A stretch of DNA of 64,000 bases, taken from Ostreococcus lucimarinus (lineage: Eukaryota). Numbering within the stretch: the first letter of the stretch is position 1; each line of letters starts with the position of its first letter. Below the pieces are notes generated by a model that worked only from the letters and a program-made list of their open reading frames with translations, did not search any database and was not told the origin of the DNA. A program made the translations under genes and the position numbers. Shown here piece by piece: positions 18,118 through 28,900 of this stretch. The stretch lies in assembly GCA_000092065.1 (NCBI GenBank), contig CP000581.1; one strand, written 5' to 3'.

Positions 18118-19077
18118 CTAACGATCGGCAGCTGGTAAGTACACGCCACCCTTTCCGACGACCCAACGCGCGCCGCATTCGGACAGTTTCGCGAACGCTT
18201 GGGCAAACTCGAAGAAGAACGCGTCTTGGTCGCGAGCGTAGCGCATAAAATGCGGTGCGAATCCGGGATCGGTATGTAAGACGCGATCAGTGCTCAACCA
18301 TAAAAGATTTTTGTCATCCGATCCACCCTCGGTGAAGTACGAGTTGTCGAATTTCAGCCAGCAAGAGGTCCACGACGCCCCACCCGGCATGCCGAAATCG
18401 CCGTCTCCATCACCCTTTGGACTAAACGGACACCCGCCCGTGTACTTCGTCGCATTCTTCACCCCGTACCCGTACTCCGTCGTCCCACTTCTTTCCTTAA
18501 ACGCCCTCCCGATCGTGTGCGCCCCGCTCAGCGCCACGATTTCTCTGTCGTCGAATCCGAGTCGCCCGAATACTCTTCTCAAATGTTCCCCGGGCGTCTT
18601 CGACCCATCGCCGAACGGCGCCTCCGCGTCCGGTAGATTCCCCTCCCTCGCCGGTTCGTCGGAATCCTTCCGTCCGTACTTCATCGGAATCCGTGGTCCG
18701 CCCGCGCTTTCGATCGCGCACGCGCCGCACAGCTGAATCGCGTCCGCGTGGCTCAGCGCCGGAAACCGCTCGACGATCTCTCGCGCGTAACCCAACGCCT
18801 TCTTCAGGCCCGCGTTCGCGCCGTGCGCCAACTCGGCGTCGAACCTGATCGACCCGTTCGCGCCGCCGCACCTCGGCCACGCGTCCGCCGCCGTCGCGTC
18901 GAACGTTCCCGCGTCGTGCCACGCCAATCGCACCATGATTGGATGGCACTTTCGCGCGTCGAGCATCGCGAACGCGGCCTCGCGCGCGCCCTCGAGCGCG
19001 CGGCAGTACTCCCGCGCGTCGTCGTCGATGAAGTGCTCGCGCACGGCGCCGACGCGTCGCGCGGGGGCGGTGGACAT
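18118..19077 (-). CDS. APX: Class I plant-type heme peroxidase (ascorbate peroxidase / cytochrome c peroxidase family)
   Basis: IMVRLAWHDAGTFD distal-His motif and ...LSGAHTIGRA proximal-His motif. Start placed at the internal ATG 19077 (MSTAPARR...), which gives an APX-like length. The ORF's longer read-through to 19866 overlaps the SDR gene on the other strand and is unlikely to be coding. Confidence 0.8.
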   Translation of the reverse strand: MSTAPARRVGAVREHFIDDDAREYCRALEGAREAAFAMLDARKCHPIMVRLAWHDAGTFDATAADAWPRCGGANGSIRFDAELAHGANAGLKKALGYAREIVERFPALSHADAIQLCGACAIESAGGPRIPMKYGRKDSDEPAREGNLPDAEAPFGDGSKTPGEHLRRVFGRLGFDDREIVALSGAHTIGRAFKERSGTTEYGYGVKNATKYTGGCPFSPKGDGDGDFGMPGGASWTSCWLKFDNSYFTEGGSDDKNLLWLSTDRVLHTDPGFAPHFMRYARDQDAFFFEFAQAFAKLSECGARWVVGKGGVYLPAADR

Positions 19078-19129
19078 CGCCTCGCGCGTCGACGGGCGGC
19101 GAAAAGTGTCGTCACTTCGCGCCGACGTC

Positions 19130-19981
19130 ATGACGGCGCTCGTCACGGGCGCGACGGATGGGATCGGCCTGCACACCGCGCGAAGGCTCGCGGCGAGCGG
19201 GCGCGACGTGCTCGTGCACGGACGAGACCGCGAGCGCGTGCGAAGCGCCGTCGAGGCCGTGCGGAAACACGCGCGCTCGGAAAAACAAGTCATCGAAGGC
19301 TTGACGCGAGACCTCTCGTCGTTGGAAGACGTGCGCGCGCTCGCGCGCGACGTCGTGGACGGACGCGGGGACGTGTCGATGCTGTTCAATAACGCGGGGG
19401 TGTACTCGACGAAGGAGACGCGGTGCGCGAACGGGCACGAGATGACGTTCGCGGTGAACGTGCTGGCGCCGTTCGCGCTGTGCGGGTTACTGTTACCGAC
19501 GCTCGCGGCGAACGCGCGGCGAACGGGGACGAAGTCGAGCGTGTTGAACGTGGCGTCGATTTCGGCGGCGCCGGCGATTGATTTTGACAACTTGCGGTGC
19601 GAAAAGATGTTTTCGCCCCACGGGTCGTACGCGCAGAGCAAGGCGTGCATGAAGGCGTTCTCGTACGAGCTGTACGATAGATTAGCGAGAGGAGCGCTAT
19701 CCGGGGCGAGCGTGGAAGATTTAAACGTGTTCTCGTGCGATCCAGGGACCGTGAACACGAAAATGCTGTTGGCGGGATGGGGTCGGTGCGGTATCGAAAC
19801 GTACGAAGCGAACGATGAATTTACAATCATGGTGGACGACATCGAAAGGAACGGCGCGAAACACAACGGGGCGTACTTTGTTAACGCCGCACCGCAACCT
19901 CGTCGAAGCGAGGCCGGTGATGTAGACCAGGCGAAACTCTGGCGACTCCTCGAACAAGAAACGGGCGTCGTCTACGCCTAA
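19130..19981 (+). CDS. Short-chain dehydrogenase/reductase (SDR, retinol-dehydrogenase-like)
   Basis: Start MTALVTGATDGIGLHTARRLAASGRDV carries the TGxxxGxG NAD(P)-binding motif. It also has NNAG and a catalytic YxxxK (YAQSKACMKAF). It is divergent from the peroxidase gene with only about 52 bp between the start codons. Confidence 0.8.
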   Translation: MTALVTGATDGIGLHTARRLAASGRDVLVHGRDRERVRSAVEAVRKHARSEKQVIEGLTRDLSSLEDVRALARDVVDGRGDVSMLFNNAGVYSTKETRCANGHEMTFAVNVLAPFALCGLLLPTLAANARRTGTKSSVLNVASISAAPAIDFDNLRCEKMFSPHGSYAQSKACMKAFSYELYDRLARGALSGASVEDLNVFSCDPGTVNTKMLLAGWGRCGIETYEANDEFTIMVDDIERNGAKHNGAYFVNAAPQPRRSEAGDVDQAKLWRLLEQETGVVYA

Positions 19982-20025
19982 GATGAACTGTTGATGAACT
20001 GTATTTCTACTACTATCGCTATCTA

Positions 20026-21747
20026 TCATCTACGAACGACGACATAATGGCGCGAACGCCGGCGCGCGCGACGTTTTAGCGCTAATCGAATACGAACGAC
20101 ACAGAACAAGAGCGTCGAGCTGATGAGAAACGCGTGCCAATACGTGTACCATCCACTTTCGTCGTCGGGCGTCGTCGCAAAGTCTTTTTCGACTGCTCGC
20201 AACGGTTCGTCCTCCCGTGCGTCCTCGAAAGAGTGGAGTTCGTCTTCAACCTTGTCGTCCCGGACAGTCGACGCTCCATCATTCATAGGCTTGTTTAAAT
20301 CATTCTGAGTTTCCGTCTCCTCCTTCACCGCTTCTTTCTCAGGCGGACAACAACGAGACTCGCATCGCACCGTACACGTGTCGCAAGATCGCGGACAACT
20401 TTGCAGCATAAACGACGGGTTCTTCTCGCATTCACCGTCGTGCGCCCATCCGCAACACATATCATTCGTGTCTCGACATTCTTCTTCGTCGTCGTCACCG
20501 CCGCCGCCGCGAAATGTGTCGTCGGTGTTCTTTCGCTCGCTGCACGACAACACGCCGCGAGCGTCCTTTGAACAAGAGTAATGTATCTTGCGAGTATCGA
20601 TCGGATTCGCGATACCGCATCGCTCTATCGCGTACTGGCGCGTCGCGTTGTACAAACCCCACGCGCACACTAATGCGACCTCGTCACGCCGACGTTGAGG
20701 GCCTTTGCTTCGCAATTCGGCGAGCGTTGGCGGCCGTTGAAACAACTCTGGGGTCGGACATCCGAGTACAGATCTGTGAAACCATTGCTTATCGAACGCG
20801 TAATCTTGGACGTTGAACGTCAAGCCGTAGTGCAAAACGACGGGAAATCTAGAATCACTCGGTGGATCGTACCCAGGATACAGCATGAAGTCGTCATGCA
20901 CTTGAAACGTGATGCCCACCTCCGCCGCGGCGAAGACGTACCCGTACATTTCGGATATCCACGGCGGACCGTATTTGCCGTTCGCGTTGTATATGTCTCC
21001 GGTGTTAGCCCAAGAGTCCGGGTCCTGACGCACTTCCTCGGTCCAATACAGCCATCTCGGCGCGAGTTTGCGCATATCCTCCCTGTGCATCACCGTGAAA
21101 CCGCCCACTTGCTGCGCCTTTTCCACGTTCCGCACGCGCGCCTTCACTCCCATGTGACTCTCCGGTTGGGTCCCGATCAAGTACCCATACTTCGCGCTCA
21201 CCGGCGCCCCTCTTCGCACACCGAGTAAATCCACCGTCATCGGCGCTCGAAAGATCATATCCGCGTCTAACACGATTATAAAGTCCGCCGTCACCTCGGC
21301 GTTCGTCAACCAGTGATGAATACTAAACGGCTTGTTATACGCCGTGTACGAATCCTTCGTCACCGGATGCGTGGCGTAATTAGGATGCACGTGCGTGTCC
21401 GGAACCACTCGCAAACTCGGCGAGTTCTCGTCGTCGCACGCCATGAGTCGAGTGAATTTACCCCTCTGTCCGACGCGTCGCCAACTGTCGTACAACCCGT
21501 ACGACTGCCAATCAAAGTACCCGTTACACTCCGTGCTGAACACCGTGTGCATGCTCGCGCCGTCGCGCGCGTCCGCGACGCCGCGATCGTCGCCCGCGTC
21601 GCCTCCGAGCGCGTCGGCTTCGCTCGAGATCGCCGCGACGCTCGCGAGCGTCGCGCACATCGCGCGCGCGAATCCATTCGTCCCGACGCCGCGCCGCGCC
21701 GCGCGCCGTCGACCGGCGCGTCGCGCGCGCGCTTCGTCGCGCGCCAT
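20026..21747 (-). CDS. Nucleotide-sugar-dependent glycosyltransferase (HPAT/SGT1-like, GT95/GT96-type) with a ShK-like Cys-rich module and C-terminal TM segment
   Basis: True ATG at 21747. DxD-type motif IIVLDADMIF. Conserved block WLYWTEEVRQD...GDIYNANGKYGPPWISEMYGY. ShK-like pattern CRDTNDMCCGWAHDGECEKNPSFMLQSCPRSCDTC. The family assignment is tentative. Confidence 0.55.
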   Translation of the reverse strand: MARDEARARRAGRRRAARRGVGTNGFARAMCATLASVAAISSEADALGGDAGDDRGVADARDGASMHTVFSTECNGYFDWQSYGLYDSWRRVGQRGKFTRLMACDDENSPSLRVVPDTHVHPNYATHPVTKDSYTAYNKPFSIHHWLTNAEVTADFIIVLDADMIFRAPMTVDLLGVRRGAPVSAKYGYLIGTQPESHMGVKARVRNVEKAQQVGGFTVMHREDMRKLAPRWLYWTEEVRQDPDSWANTGDIYNANGKYGPPWISEMYGYVFAAAEVGITFQVHDDFMLYPGYDPPSDSRFPVVLHYGLTFNVQDYAFDKQWFHRSVLGCPTPELFQRPPTLAELRSKGPQRRRDEVALVCAWGLYNATRQYAIERCGIANPIDTRKIHYSCSKDARGVLSCSERKNTDDTFRGGGGDDDEEECRDTNDMCCGWAHDGECEKNPSFMLQSCPRSCDTCTVRCESRCCPPEKEAVKEETETQNDLNKPMNDGASTVRDDKVEDELHSFEDAREDEPLRAVEKDFATTPDDESGWYTYWHAFLISSTLLFCVVRIRLALKRRARRRSRHYVVVRR

Positions 21748-21848
21748 CCCTCACGAGTTCGCGCGTCTCCAATCCATGCGTCGCCGCGCGTTAAAGTGAG
21801 AAAACTGTTGTTACAACGTCGTTCGACGATTCGTTCCGACGCATGCGT

Positions 21849-21890
21849 CATTCATTCATTCGTTCGTTCGTTCGTTCGTTCGTTCGTTCC
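21849..21890. repeat. (CATT)n(CGTT)n microsatellite
   Basis: cattcattcattcgttcgttcgttcgttcgttcgttcgttcc immediately 3' of the 21908-22333 minus-strand ORF. Confidence 0.8.
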
Positions 21891-21907
21891 GTCGCGCCTC
21901 ACGAGCG

Positions 21908-22333
21908 CTACGTCGGCCCGATCCGCCAAAACGCCCGCGCCTTCGCCTCCGCGCTCGCCGTCGCGCCTCGCGCGTCGTCCATCGACGCGCGTCTCGACGC
22001 CGCGTCCTCGTCGCCGCTCGCCCTCGGCTCGCGCGTCTCGTCGACGCTCGCGCGTCGTCGCCTCGCCTCCGCCGCCGCCGCCGCGAACACGTTCCCGGCG
22101 CAGTCCCCGTAGGGGTCCTCGCCGAGAAACGTGACGTCTTCGTCCGTCCACGACATCATCCATCGATCGGCGAACGTCGACGGCGCGCGCGACGCGTCGT
22201 CGGCGGCGTCGGCGGTCGATCCGCGCGGTGCTGACGCGGCGCGTCGGCGCGATGCGTCGGCGTCGTCGCGTCGCGTCGTCGTCGACGCGGGCCCGCGCGC
22301 GGAGTAGAGCTTGCTCGCGAGGTCGCGAAACAT
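21908..22333 (-). CDS. Hypothetical protein (weak)
   Basis: The ORF 22438 start is TTG; the first ATG is at 22333 (MFRDLASKLYS...DPYGDCAGNVF...). Low complexity in places and no domain. Confidence 0.2.
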   Translation of the reverse strand: MFRDLASKLYSARGPASTTTRRDDADASRRRAASAPRGSTADAADDASRAPSTFADRWMMSWTDEDVTFLGEDPYGDCAGNVFAAAAAEARRRRASVDETREPRASGDEDAASRRASMDDARGATASAEAKARAFWRIGPT

Positions 22334-22563
22334 CGAGGTTCGGTCGGCGCGCGCGTCGGACGTCGTCGTCGGCGCGCGCGTCGCGGTGTCGCGTCGGCGG
22401 TCGGGGTCGGTGCCGAGGCGTTCTTTTTGTATGCGCAAACAGTCAGACGACGCGTTTCCCGAGGCGCATCATCGCGCGCAGAGTCCCCCGCCGGCGCGAA
22501 TCGTCGCGACGCGGATTCGGCGCGTCGCGCGCGGCGCATCGCGACGCGCGCGTCGCGGTCGAG

Positions 22564-23376
22564 ATGTCGCGCGCGACGTCGCTCGCGCGCGCGATCGCGC
22601 CGCGGGCGCGCGCGCGCGACGCGACGCGACGGCGAACGGGCCGGGTCGCGGGACGCGACCGGCGTCGCGTGCGTCGCGCGGTCGTCGCGCGCGCGACGGG
22701 GGAGGACGCGACGCGTCGACGCGCGATCGACGCGAGCGATGCGAACGCGGTGGCGCGCGCGGCGGCGGCGCTGCGACGCGGCGGCGTGATCGCGGTGCCG
22801 ACGGATACGATTTATGGATTCGCGGCGAGCGCGGCGAACGGCGACGCGGTGCGGCGGTTGTACGAGATCAAGGGGCGACGCGCGGGCGTGCCGCTGGCGA
22901 TCGCGGTGGGAGACGTGCGCGACGTGGGGACGTACGGTGACGATGGACACCTGAGAGAGGGCGCGCTGGCGCGGTTGCTGCCGGGACCGACGACGGTTTT
23001 GTTGCGGCGACGGCGCGGCGACGCGGGACGCGCGACGCCCGAGTTGAATCCGGGGGTGGATTTGATCGGGATTCGCGTGCCGGCGCACGATTTCGTGCGC
23101 GAGGTGTGTCGCGCGCACGGCGGAGCGATCGCGCTGACGAGCGCGAATAGATCTGGGGAGACGAGCGCGACGGCGGCGGAGGAGTTCGCCGAGCTCTGGG
23201 ACGCGTGCGACGAAGTCTTCGACGGGGGGGCGATTCCGGCGAAGCGTTTAGGAAGCACGATCGTGGATTTGAGTTCGCGCGCGAATGATTTTGCCATCGT
23301 TCGCGCGGGCGAGCGCTGCGACGAGCTCGTTCGCGTGCTCGAGGGCGAGTTCGCGATGACGCGGCGAGACGCGTGA
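22564..23376 (+). CDS. YRDC: YrdC/Sua5-family threonylcarbamoyl-AMP synthase with Arg-rich, presequence-like N-terminus
   Basis: YrdC signatures GGVIAVPTDTIYGFAASAANGDAVRRLYEIKGR and IGIRVPAHDFVREV...ALTSANRSGE. Start taken at ATG 22564. The ORF-track 5' read-through is Arg-rich and not in an ATG context. Confidence 0.8.
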   Translation: MSRATSLARAIAPRARARDATRRRTGRVAGRDRRRVRRAVVARATGEDATRRRAIDASDANAVARAAAALRRGGVIAVPTDTIYGFAASAANGDAVRRLYEIKGRRAGVPLAIAVGDVRDVGTYGDDGHLREGALARLLPGPTTVLLRRRRGDAGRATPELNPGVDLIGIRVPAHDFVREVCRAHGGAIALTSANRSGETSATAAEEFAELWDACDEVFDGGAIPAKRLGSTIVDLSSRANDFAIVRAGERCDELVRVLEGEFAMTRRDA

Positions 23377-23546
23377 CGCTCGGCGGCGCTCGGCGGCGCG
23401 TCGCGCGCGTTCGCGTTCGACGTTCGATTCGCGACGACGCCGTCGTCATCGCGCGCTTTTCGTGTGATTACGCGCGACGCGTGGCTAGCTAGAAATAAAC
23501 GATCGTCCGATCGTCCGATCGTCCGACCGCGCGACGCGCGCGTTCG

Positions 23547-23996
23547 TCACAAATCCTTCCCTCGCACCTTCCCGTCCTCGGCGTCCTTGAACGCCCCCCA
23601 CGTCCGTCGAAACAACCACGCGTAATCCCTCGGCCTGCACGCGTTCAGGTCCGCGCGCACGTCCTCGGGGTTCGTGTACGCCACCGCGAGCGGCACGCAC
23701 GCCGCGAGATACGCGACGCCGAACGTGGGAAACAGCGCGAACGCCACCGGATGCCCGCGCGCGACCTCGGCGTGCGCGAGCGCGCATCCGCCGGCGAACG
23801 CGAGCGTCGCGCACGCGAACGCGGCGATGATCGAACGCGCGAGGTCACCGGTGGCGACGCGCGCGCGCGCGCGGTCGCCGCGCGCGACGTCGAGCACGCC
23901 TCGAGGCATGCGAGCGCGAGAGTGACGCGACGCGGACGACGACGACGGACGACGGGTCTTCGAAGGGTCTTCGAAAGCGAGCGGTGTGGCGTTCAT
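23547..23996 (-). CDS. Hypothetical small membrane protein (2-3 predicted TM helices)
   Basis: True ATG at 23996. Hydrophobic segments IIAAFACATLAFAGGCALA and FALFPTFGVAYLAACVPLAVAY. No homology recognised. Confidence 0.3.
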   Translation of the reverse strand: MNATPLAFEDPSKTRRPSSSSASRHSRARMPRGVLDVARGDRARARVATGDLARSIIAAFACATLAFAGGCALAHAEVARGHPVAFALFPTFGVAYLAACVPLAVAYTNPEDVRADLNACRPRDYAWLFRRTWGAFKDAEDGKVRGKDL

Positions 23997-24034
23997 GGTT
24001 CGTGCGATGCGTCGAGTCGGGTCGGGTCGGGTCG

Positions 24035-25183
24035 TCAGCGATCGGAGGAAGACGCGTCGTCGGCGTCGACGGCGGCGCCGCGCTGGTGGAGGAGCATGCG
24101 GCGAAGGACGACTCTGCGGAGCTGGGATTCGCTGACTTCGACGTCGGCGTCCGAGGCGTCGTCGACGTCGGCGTCGACGCGAGGCGAGCCGGCGCGAGGG
24201 CGCTTGCGCGCGTCGTCGGTTCGGGGATGCGGCGACGCGCTCTTGGCGTCGGCGCTCGGCGAACGCGAACGCCGGGGACGATCGTCGAAGCGCTCGGGCG
24301 GAACGACGAAGGTCGGCGGCCTCGAGGCGAGCGCGGCCAATAAATTCGCCTGCGTGGTCATGATGTCCGTGATCATGGACTTTAAGCGCTGCACGTCTCG
24401 CGCTTCCTCGTCTCGCATCGATTCGAGCGCTCGAACGCGGCGCTCGACGGAGACGAACGCGTCTCGCGACATCGGCGTTTCCAAATCGGCGTCGCGCGAG
24501 ACCGGCGCCATCTCCGGCGATATCCGATGCGCTCGCGCGACGTTCTGCGACGACAGGCGAAGCGCACTCGGCGCGCTCGCGTCGAGCGTCGGCGTCGACC
24601 CGCTCGCCACGCGTCCATCGCGTCGTCGATTATCGAAGCCCGCCAGCGGCTGCGATCTCGGCTGCGATTCGCGCGGCGTCCCGCGCGCGTCCATCGCGCC
24701 GCTCTCGACGATCCCCAATCCCTGCCCCCACCCCCCGACGCCGTAAATCCCCTCCTGCGACGATCCACCGACGGCGAGGTACGCGGGCGCGCGCTCCGGG
24801 TGCGCCTTCCCGTTCGTCCCGTCCGCGCCGCCGATCGCGCCTCCGCGCCGCGTCTCGACGCGCGCGTCCCCGTCCCCATCCTCCGCGCCGCCTCGCGCCC
24901 GATGTTCTCGCGCGCGCGCGTCCATCGTCGCCTCGCGCCTCGCGCATCGCGCGCGTCCGTCGTCCGCGAGCGCGTTCGCGCTCGGAAACGGCGGTAAGCG
25001 CGTCGTCGACGCCGCGCGTCGTCGCGATGCGTCGCCCGCGCCGTCGCTCGCGCGCGCGTCCGATCGCGCGTGCGCGTCGCGCGCGCGCGCGGCGTCGGTC
25101 CACCCGTCGCGGGCGAACGCGTACGCGGTTTCGTACGCGCGCGGTCGCGTCGCGCGCCTCGGCGGCCACGCGCGGTCGTCCAT
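24035..25183 (-). CDS. Hypothetical disordered protein with C-terminal coiled-coil-like segment
   Basis: True ATG at 25183. Mostly Ala/Arg/Asp/Gly low complexity. The C-terminal part (VERRVRALESMRDEEARDVQRLKSMITDIMTTQANLLAAL) looks structured. It could be an artefact. Confidence 0.25.
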   Translation of the reverse strand: MDDRAWPPRRATRPRAYETAYAFARDGWTDAARARDAHARSDARASDGAGDASRRRAASTTRLPPFPSANALADDGRARCARREATMDARAREHRARGGAEDGDGDARVETRRGGAIGGADGTNGKAHPERAPAYLAVGGSSQEGIYGVGGWGQGLGIVESGAMDARGTPRESQPRSQPLAGFDNRRRDGRVASGSTPTLDASAPSALRLSSQNVARAHRISPEMAPVSRDADLETPMSRDAFVSVERRVRALESMRDEEARDVQRLKSMITDIMTTQANLLAALASRPPTFVVPPERFDDRPRRSRSPSADAKSASPHPRTDDARKRPRAGSPRVDADVDDASDADVEVSESQLRRVVLRRMLLHQRGAAVDADDASSSDR

Positions 25184-25326
25184 CGTCGCGTCGGCGAGTG
25201 CCGGCGACGCGCGCGGTCGATCGGTCGCGATTCCGCGCCGGTTCGTCTTCCCGAGGCGCGCGCGCGGCGCACCGCGACGCGCGCGCGAGATCGACGGCGA
25301 CGAGGACGACGACGACGACGGGACGA

Positions 25327-25917
25327 ATGCGAACGCGCGCGCGCGCGCGAAGCGTCGGCGTCGCCGTCGCGGCGAGCGTCGCGCTGCTCGCGGGAAGGGC
25401 GCGCGGCGACGCGCGCGCGAGGCTGGAGGGGACGCGCGACGACGCGGTCGCTATGCGCGTCGCGGCGTTCGCGCCGTGCGAGGAAACGAACGCGCGAACG
25501 CGCGTAGAGATGTGTTTTGAACACGACATCGCGAGTGGGGACGCGGCGTGCGCGATCGGCGAAGGGACGATTCGACGCGCGCGCGACGGGACGGAGGTCG
25601 GGGATTCGTGCGGCGCGATGGAGATCGCGGACGGACGCGTCGTCGTTCGATTGCGAACGGGCGAGCGTTCCTGCGCGGTGCGCGAGGGCGATGCGTTCAG
25701 AATCGAGGCGTATTACGAGTGCGCGAGCGATGGACGACTGTTCCCGTATTCGACGCTCTTGCTCGGCGAAGTCGTGGCGTTGGCGGATTCGGCGATTTAC
25801 TTGGCCGAAGCCGCGCACGAGCTCGAACAAGCCGTCGAGACCCAAGATGAAGAACGGGAACACGAAGAAGACGACCGCGCGACGTCTTTCACAATCTACT
25901 GGCCAGCATCTTTTTAA
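25327..25917 (+). CDS. Hypothetical secreted Cys-containing protein (predicted signal peptide)
   Basis: Internal ATG at 25327 gives MRTRARARSVGVAVAASVALLAGRARG, which is signal-peptide-like. 8 Cys in the mature part and an acidic tail. Confidence 0.35.
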   Translation: MRTRARARSVGVAVAASVALLAGRARGDARARLEGTRDDAVAMRVAAFAPCEETNARTRVEMCFEHDIASGDAACAIGEGTIRRARDGTEVGDSCGAMEIADGRVVVRLRTGERSCAVREGDAFRIEAYYECASDGRLFPYSTLLLGEVVALADSAIYLAEAAHELEQAVETQDEEREHEEDDRATSFTIYWPASF

Positions 25918-25939
25918 ATGGCGGGATGGTTTTTACAAT

Positions 25940-28900
25940 TCATCGACCCTTAAAGTCGCTATCTGATTCGCCGCTATCGCTCGGGTCGTCCTCGTCGAAG
26001 TCGTCGTCTGAGATTTTGTAATCGTCAGCGTCCTCTTCTTTTTTCTTTTTATCTACCACGTCCATGCCATCGGCGTCATCTTCATCATCCATGTCGTCGT
26101 CGTCGTCGCCGTCGTCGACACGATCGTCGTCGTCGTCGAAATCCGTCGCGGGGCGCGACGCGGGGAATCGGTCCATCGGATCAGTCGACGCGTCGATGAC
26201 TATGCCGAGATTTTCGATCATTTCAGCGCTGGTCAGGTACTTTTCCAACGGGAATAGGCATTTTTCGTAGTACTTTCTCATGGCAAACGACGCGCTCGTT
26301 TGCGTACTCAAATCACGGCCGAGCGTACGCGCAACCACTTTCCAAAACTTGCAGCGCGTGACTTGTTCGTATCCTCCGAGGTGCATGGCTTCTATGAACA
26401 CGCGGTGCAGATTCATCTGCGCGCCGCAAAATATCGGGGCTTGAGGAATAACACCACCCGCGAAGGCTTCTGCGCGGAACTTGTCGAAATCCCTGCGGTG
26501 GTCGCCCGAAGGCCATCCCAGTCGTCGCGCGATGGCTTTGCACTGTGCGATGAGAGTCATGTCTTCGGGAGACAGTTCCCTTTCGTGATCCACGGGAGCG
26601 GGGCCTTCGTGCACGGGATCGTGGTACTTTTCGGGTGCCGCGATTATTTCCCAAGGCGAGACCCACATGTAGTCTTCGGGATCACTATCGAACACGACCA
26701 TGACGGTTTCCCAACGATCAGGGCTCGAACGGACTTTCCGCACGCGACCAAGGTAATAGACGCAGCCATCGACAGACACGATCCCGCGCGCTTCGTTTTC
26801 CGCATCGACGCCCTCAAAGTGCATAATGATGCGACTTCCGCCGTCCCAAGGTTTCTCATCGACTTCCTGGTACTTCGACCATGGTAAAACGTACTCGGCA
26901 ATGTCTCCTCCGGCGTAAAGAGGCGCTATGATGAGTCTTCGTTCATCCTTTGCTTCCTTTGCGTCGGCTTGCTCTGCGTCGGCACTTTGTCTCCGCGTGC
27001 TCGGGAACTGACTTAACTCAGGATCATCGAGAAGTAGACACATCAACCAAGCGCAAGGCGGCGTATCGCCATCACTTGCAGCGTTGCGCCGCGGAGCTTC
27101 GCTTCCTCGATACGCCGTTCCGAGCACCACACACCGCTCGACCGGTCGCAGCGTATTCACATCAATCCAGTTTCGTGGACGCGACTTCTTGTCAACGTAT
27201 CGGTTATACGTCTTCACCAAACCTCTTTTGATGACAGCGACGACTTCGCCGGTATTAATTGCACCAACGCCGTGGGAAACGCCGGTGCACATTTGAAACG
27301 CGCCTTGCGACATTCGTTGAGGATCTTGAACGAGAAATCTCAGAAACTGATTCACCAAGTTTGCCGCGCGGCGGACTGTTAGAGGAGGTAACGGATCCAG
27401 TAACTCTGGCGCGGCTAAAATATCGTTTATTCCCGGAATAGGTTCCGATACTTCAGGAGCAGCGGTTGTCCCTTCAAGCTCCGCCTCTGTTCTCGGTCCG
27501 AAAACGTAATACCGCAGCTGCGCCAACCAAGTGGGTTTAGCATCTGGCCAGGCGACGTCATCCATCAAACCCGCTTGCGCGCAGACAATTTCTATCCCGG
27601 GCAAAACCTTCAAAAGTCTTACGAGAGATTGCTCAGATGCATTCAGCGCGCTTTCAAAATGTGTGCACGTTCTAATGAAACGATCTATCCAACGCATATC
27701 TCCAGTCCGCCAAAACGGTGCGGAGTGGAGAATAAACTTGACGGCGTTGAAAAGTCGAGACGTCAACTTCGCATCGTCGACAGAACCCAGAGCGACGTCA
27801 TCAAGATTCGCATAACCGTCCATCGCCAAAGTTTCGGACAATATTTCAACCTTTTTCCTTCTATCATCGTCGCTCAGTTCTGGCGCATCGGCGTCTCCGT
27901 CGACGGCGTGCGACATGAGTCGATGGAGTTTTGTGATGTATCGCTCGTTGTCATACTTTGGGTTGCACCAATAGCTCAACGCGTCATACTCTACAGTTCC
28001 TGGGGTGTACACGCCCCATCTTGAAGCACACTCTACTAGACCGGAAACGTTGCGCCGGCAATCTGGTGTATTCGCAGCGTCCTCTGAAAACGGCGCATCT
28101 TCGACTGGTGGACCAGCCATTGGTTGTTTGGGATACTCTACGCCGTCGATGACTTGCGACGATGCGGCGTCTTCGTCGCCATCGTACCATCCCAGTGGAG
28201 CAGTTTCGACAAACAGACGCCCCGCGTTGTTCGTACCGCCGAGGGCAAAGTATCTCCTACCCTGCTCGTCCACAGCGACAGGCTTACCTCGCGAGATGAC
28301 TGCGCGCTCGACGGCTTCAGACTTCCACTTCATCAGCTGCTCACGGCGATAGTCGGCAAGAGTGGGTGGTTTCACCAGTTCTTCGCTCGCGTCCGTTTCA
28401 TCGACTTCCATAGACACCGATTCGTCAGCATCATCTACGACCTCGGGATTCTCATCCTTTACGTTGATCTCTTTGCTGGTTTCCTTCTTTTTCTCCTCCG
28501 TCGGTTTTGGAACCTCGGTCGCGAGCGTGGGCGGGTTGCTGTGAAAATCGCCTGTTCTCCGCCGCGCGCGCACGTCATCGTAAATCTCCGTGAAGTATTC
28601 CCGGATGGTTTCACTCTCTAAGGCGATAGAACTAAGTGCAACCGCCAAAGCTATTCTGTGGACGGGCGAAAAACTCTCTAAAACTTCGCCCTTGTCCAAC
28701 TTTGCCACTGCCTCCAGCGCGGGCTTTCGCATTCGCGCGTTGACGCCCATTTGAAACTCAACAATCAAGTTATTCGCTCTATCTTGCCAATCCAACTCCC
28801 CGATGTCGTTCAACCCAAGAACGGGAGCGTCCCACCAACGCGCGCGCGTAGGCGCTGATCTAATCGTTTCTTGATCGATCGAATCTATGCGGCCCTCTGT

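Noticed and set aside
22156-23449. Arg-rich minus-strand ORFs (320 aa and 193 aa) over the YrdC gene
   Set aside because: Extreme Arg/Ala/Pro composition, antisense to a well-supported YrdC/Sua5 CDS.
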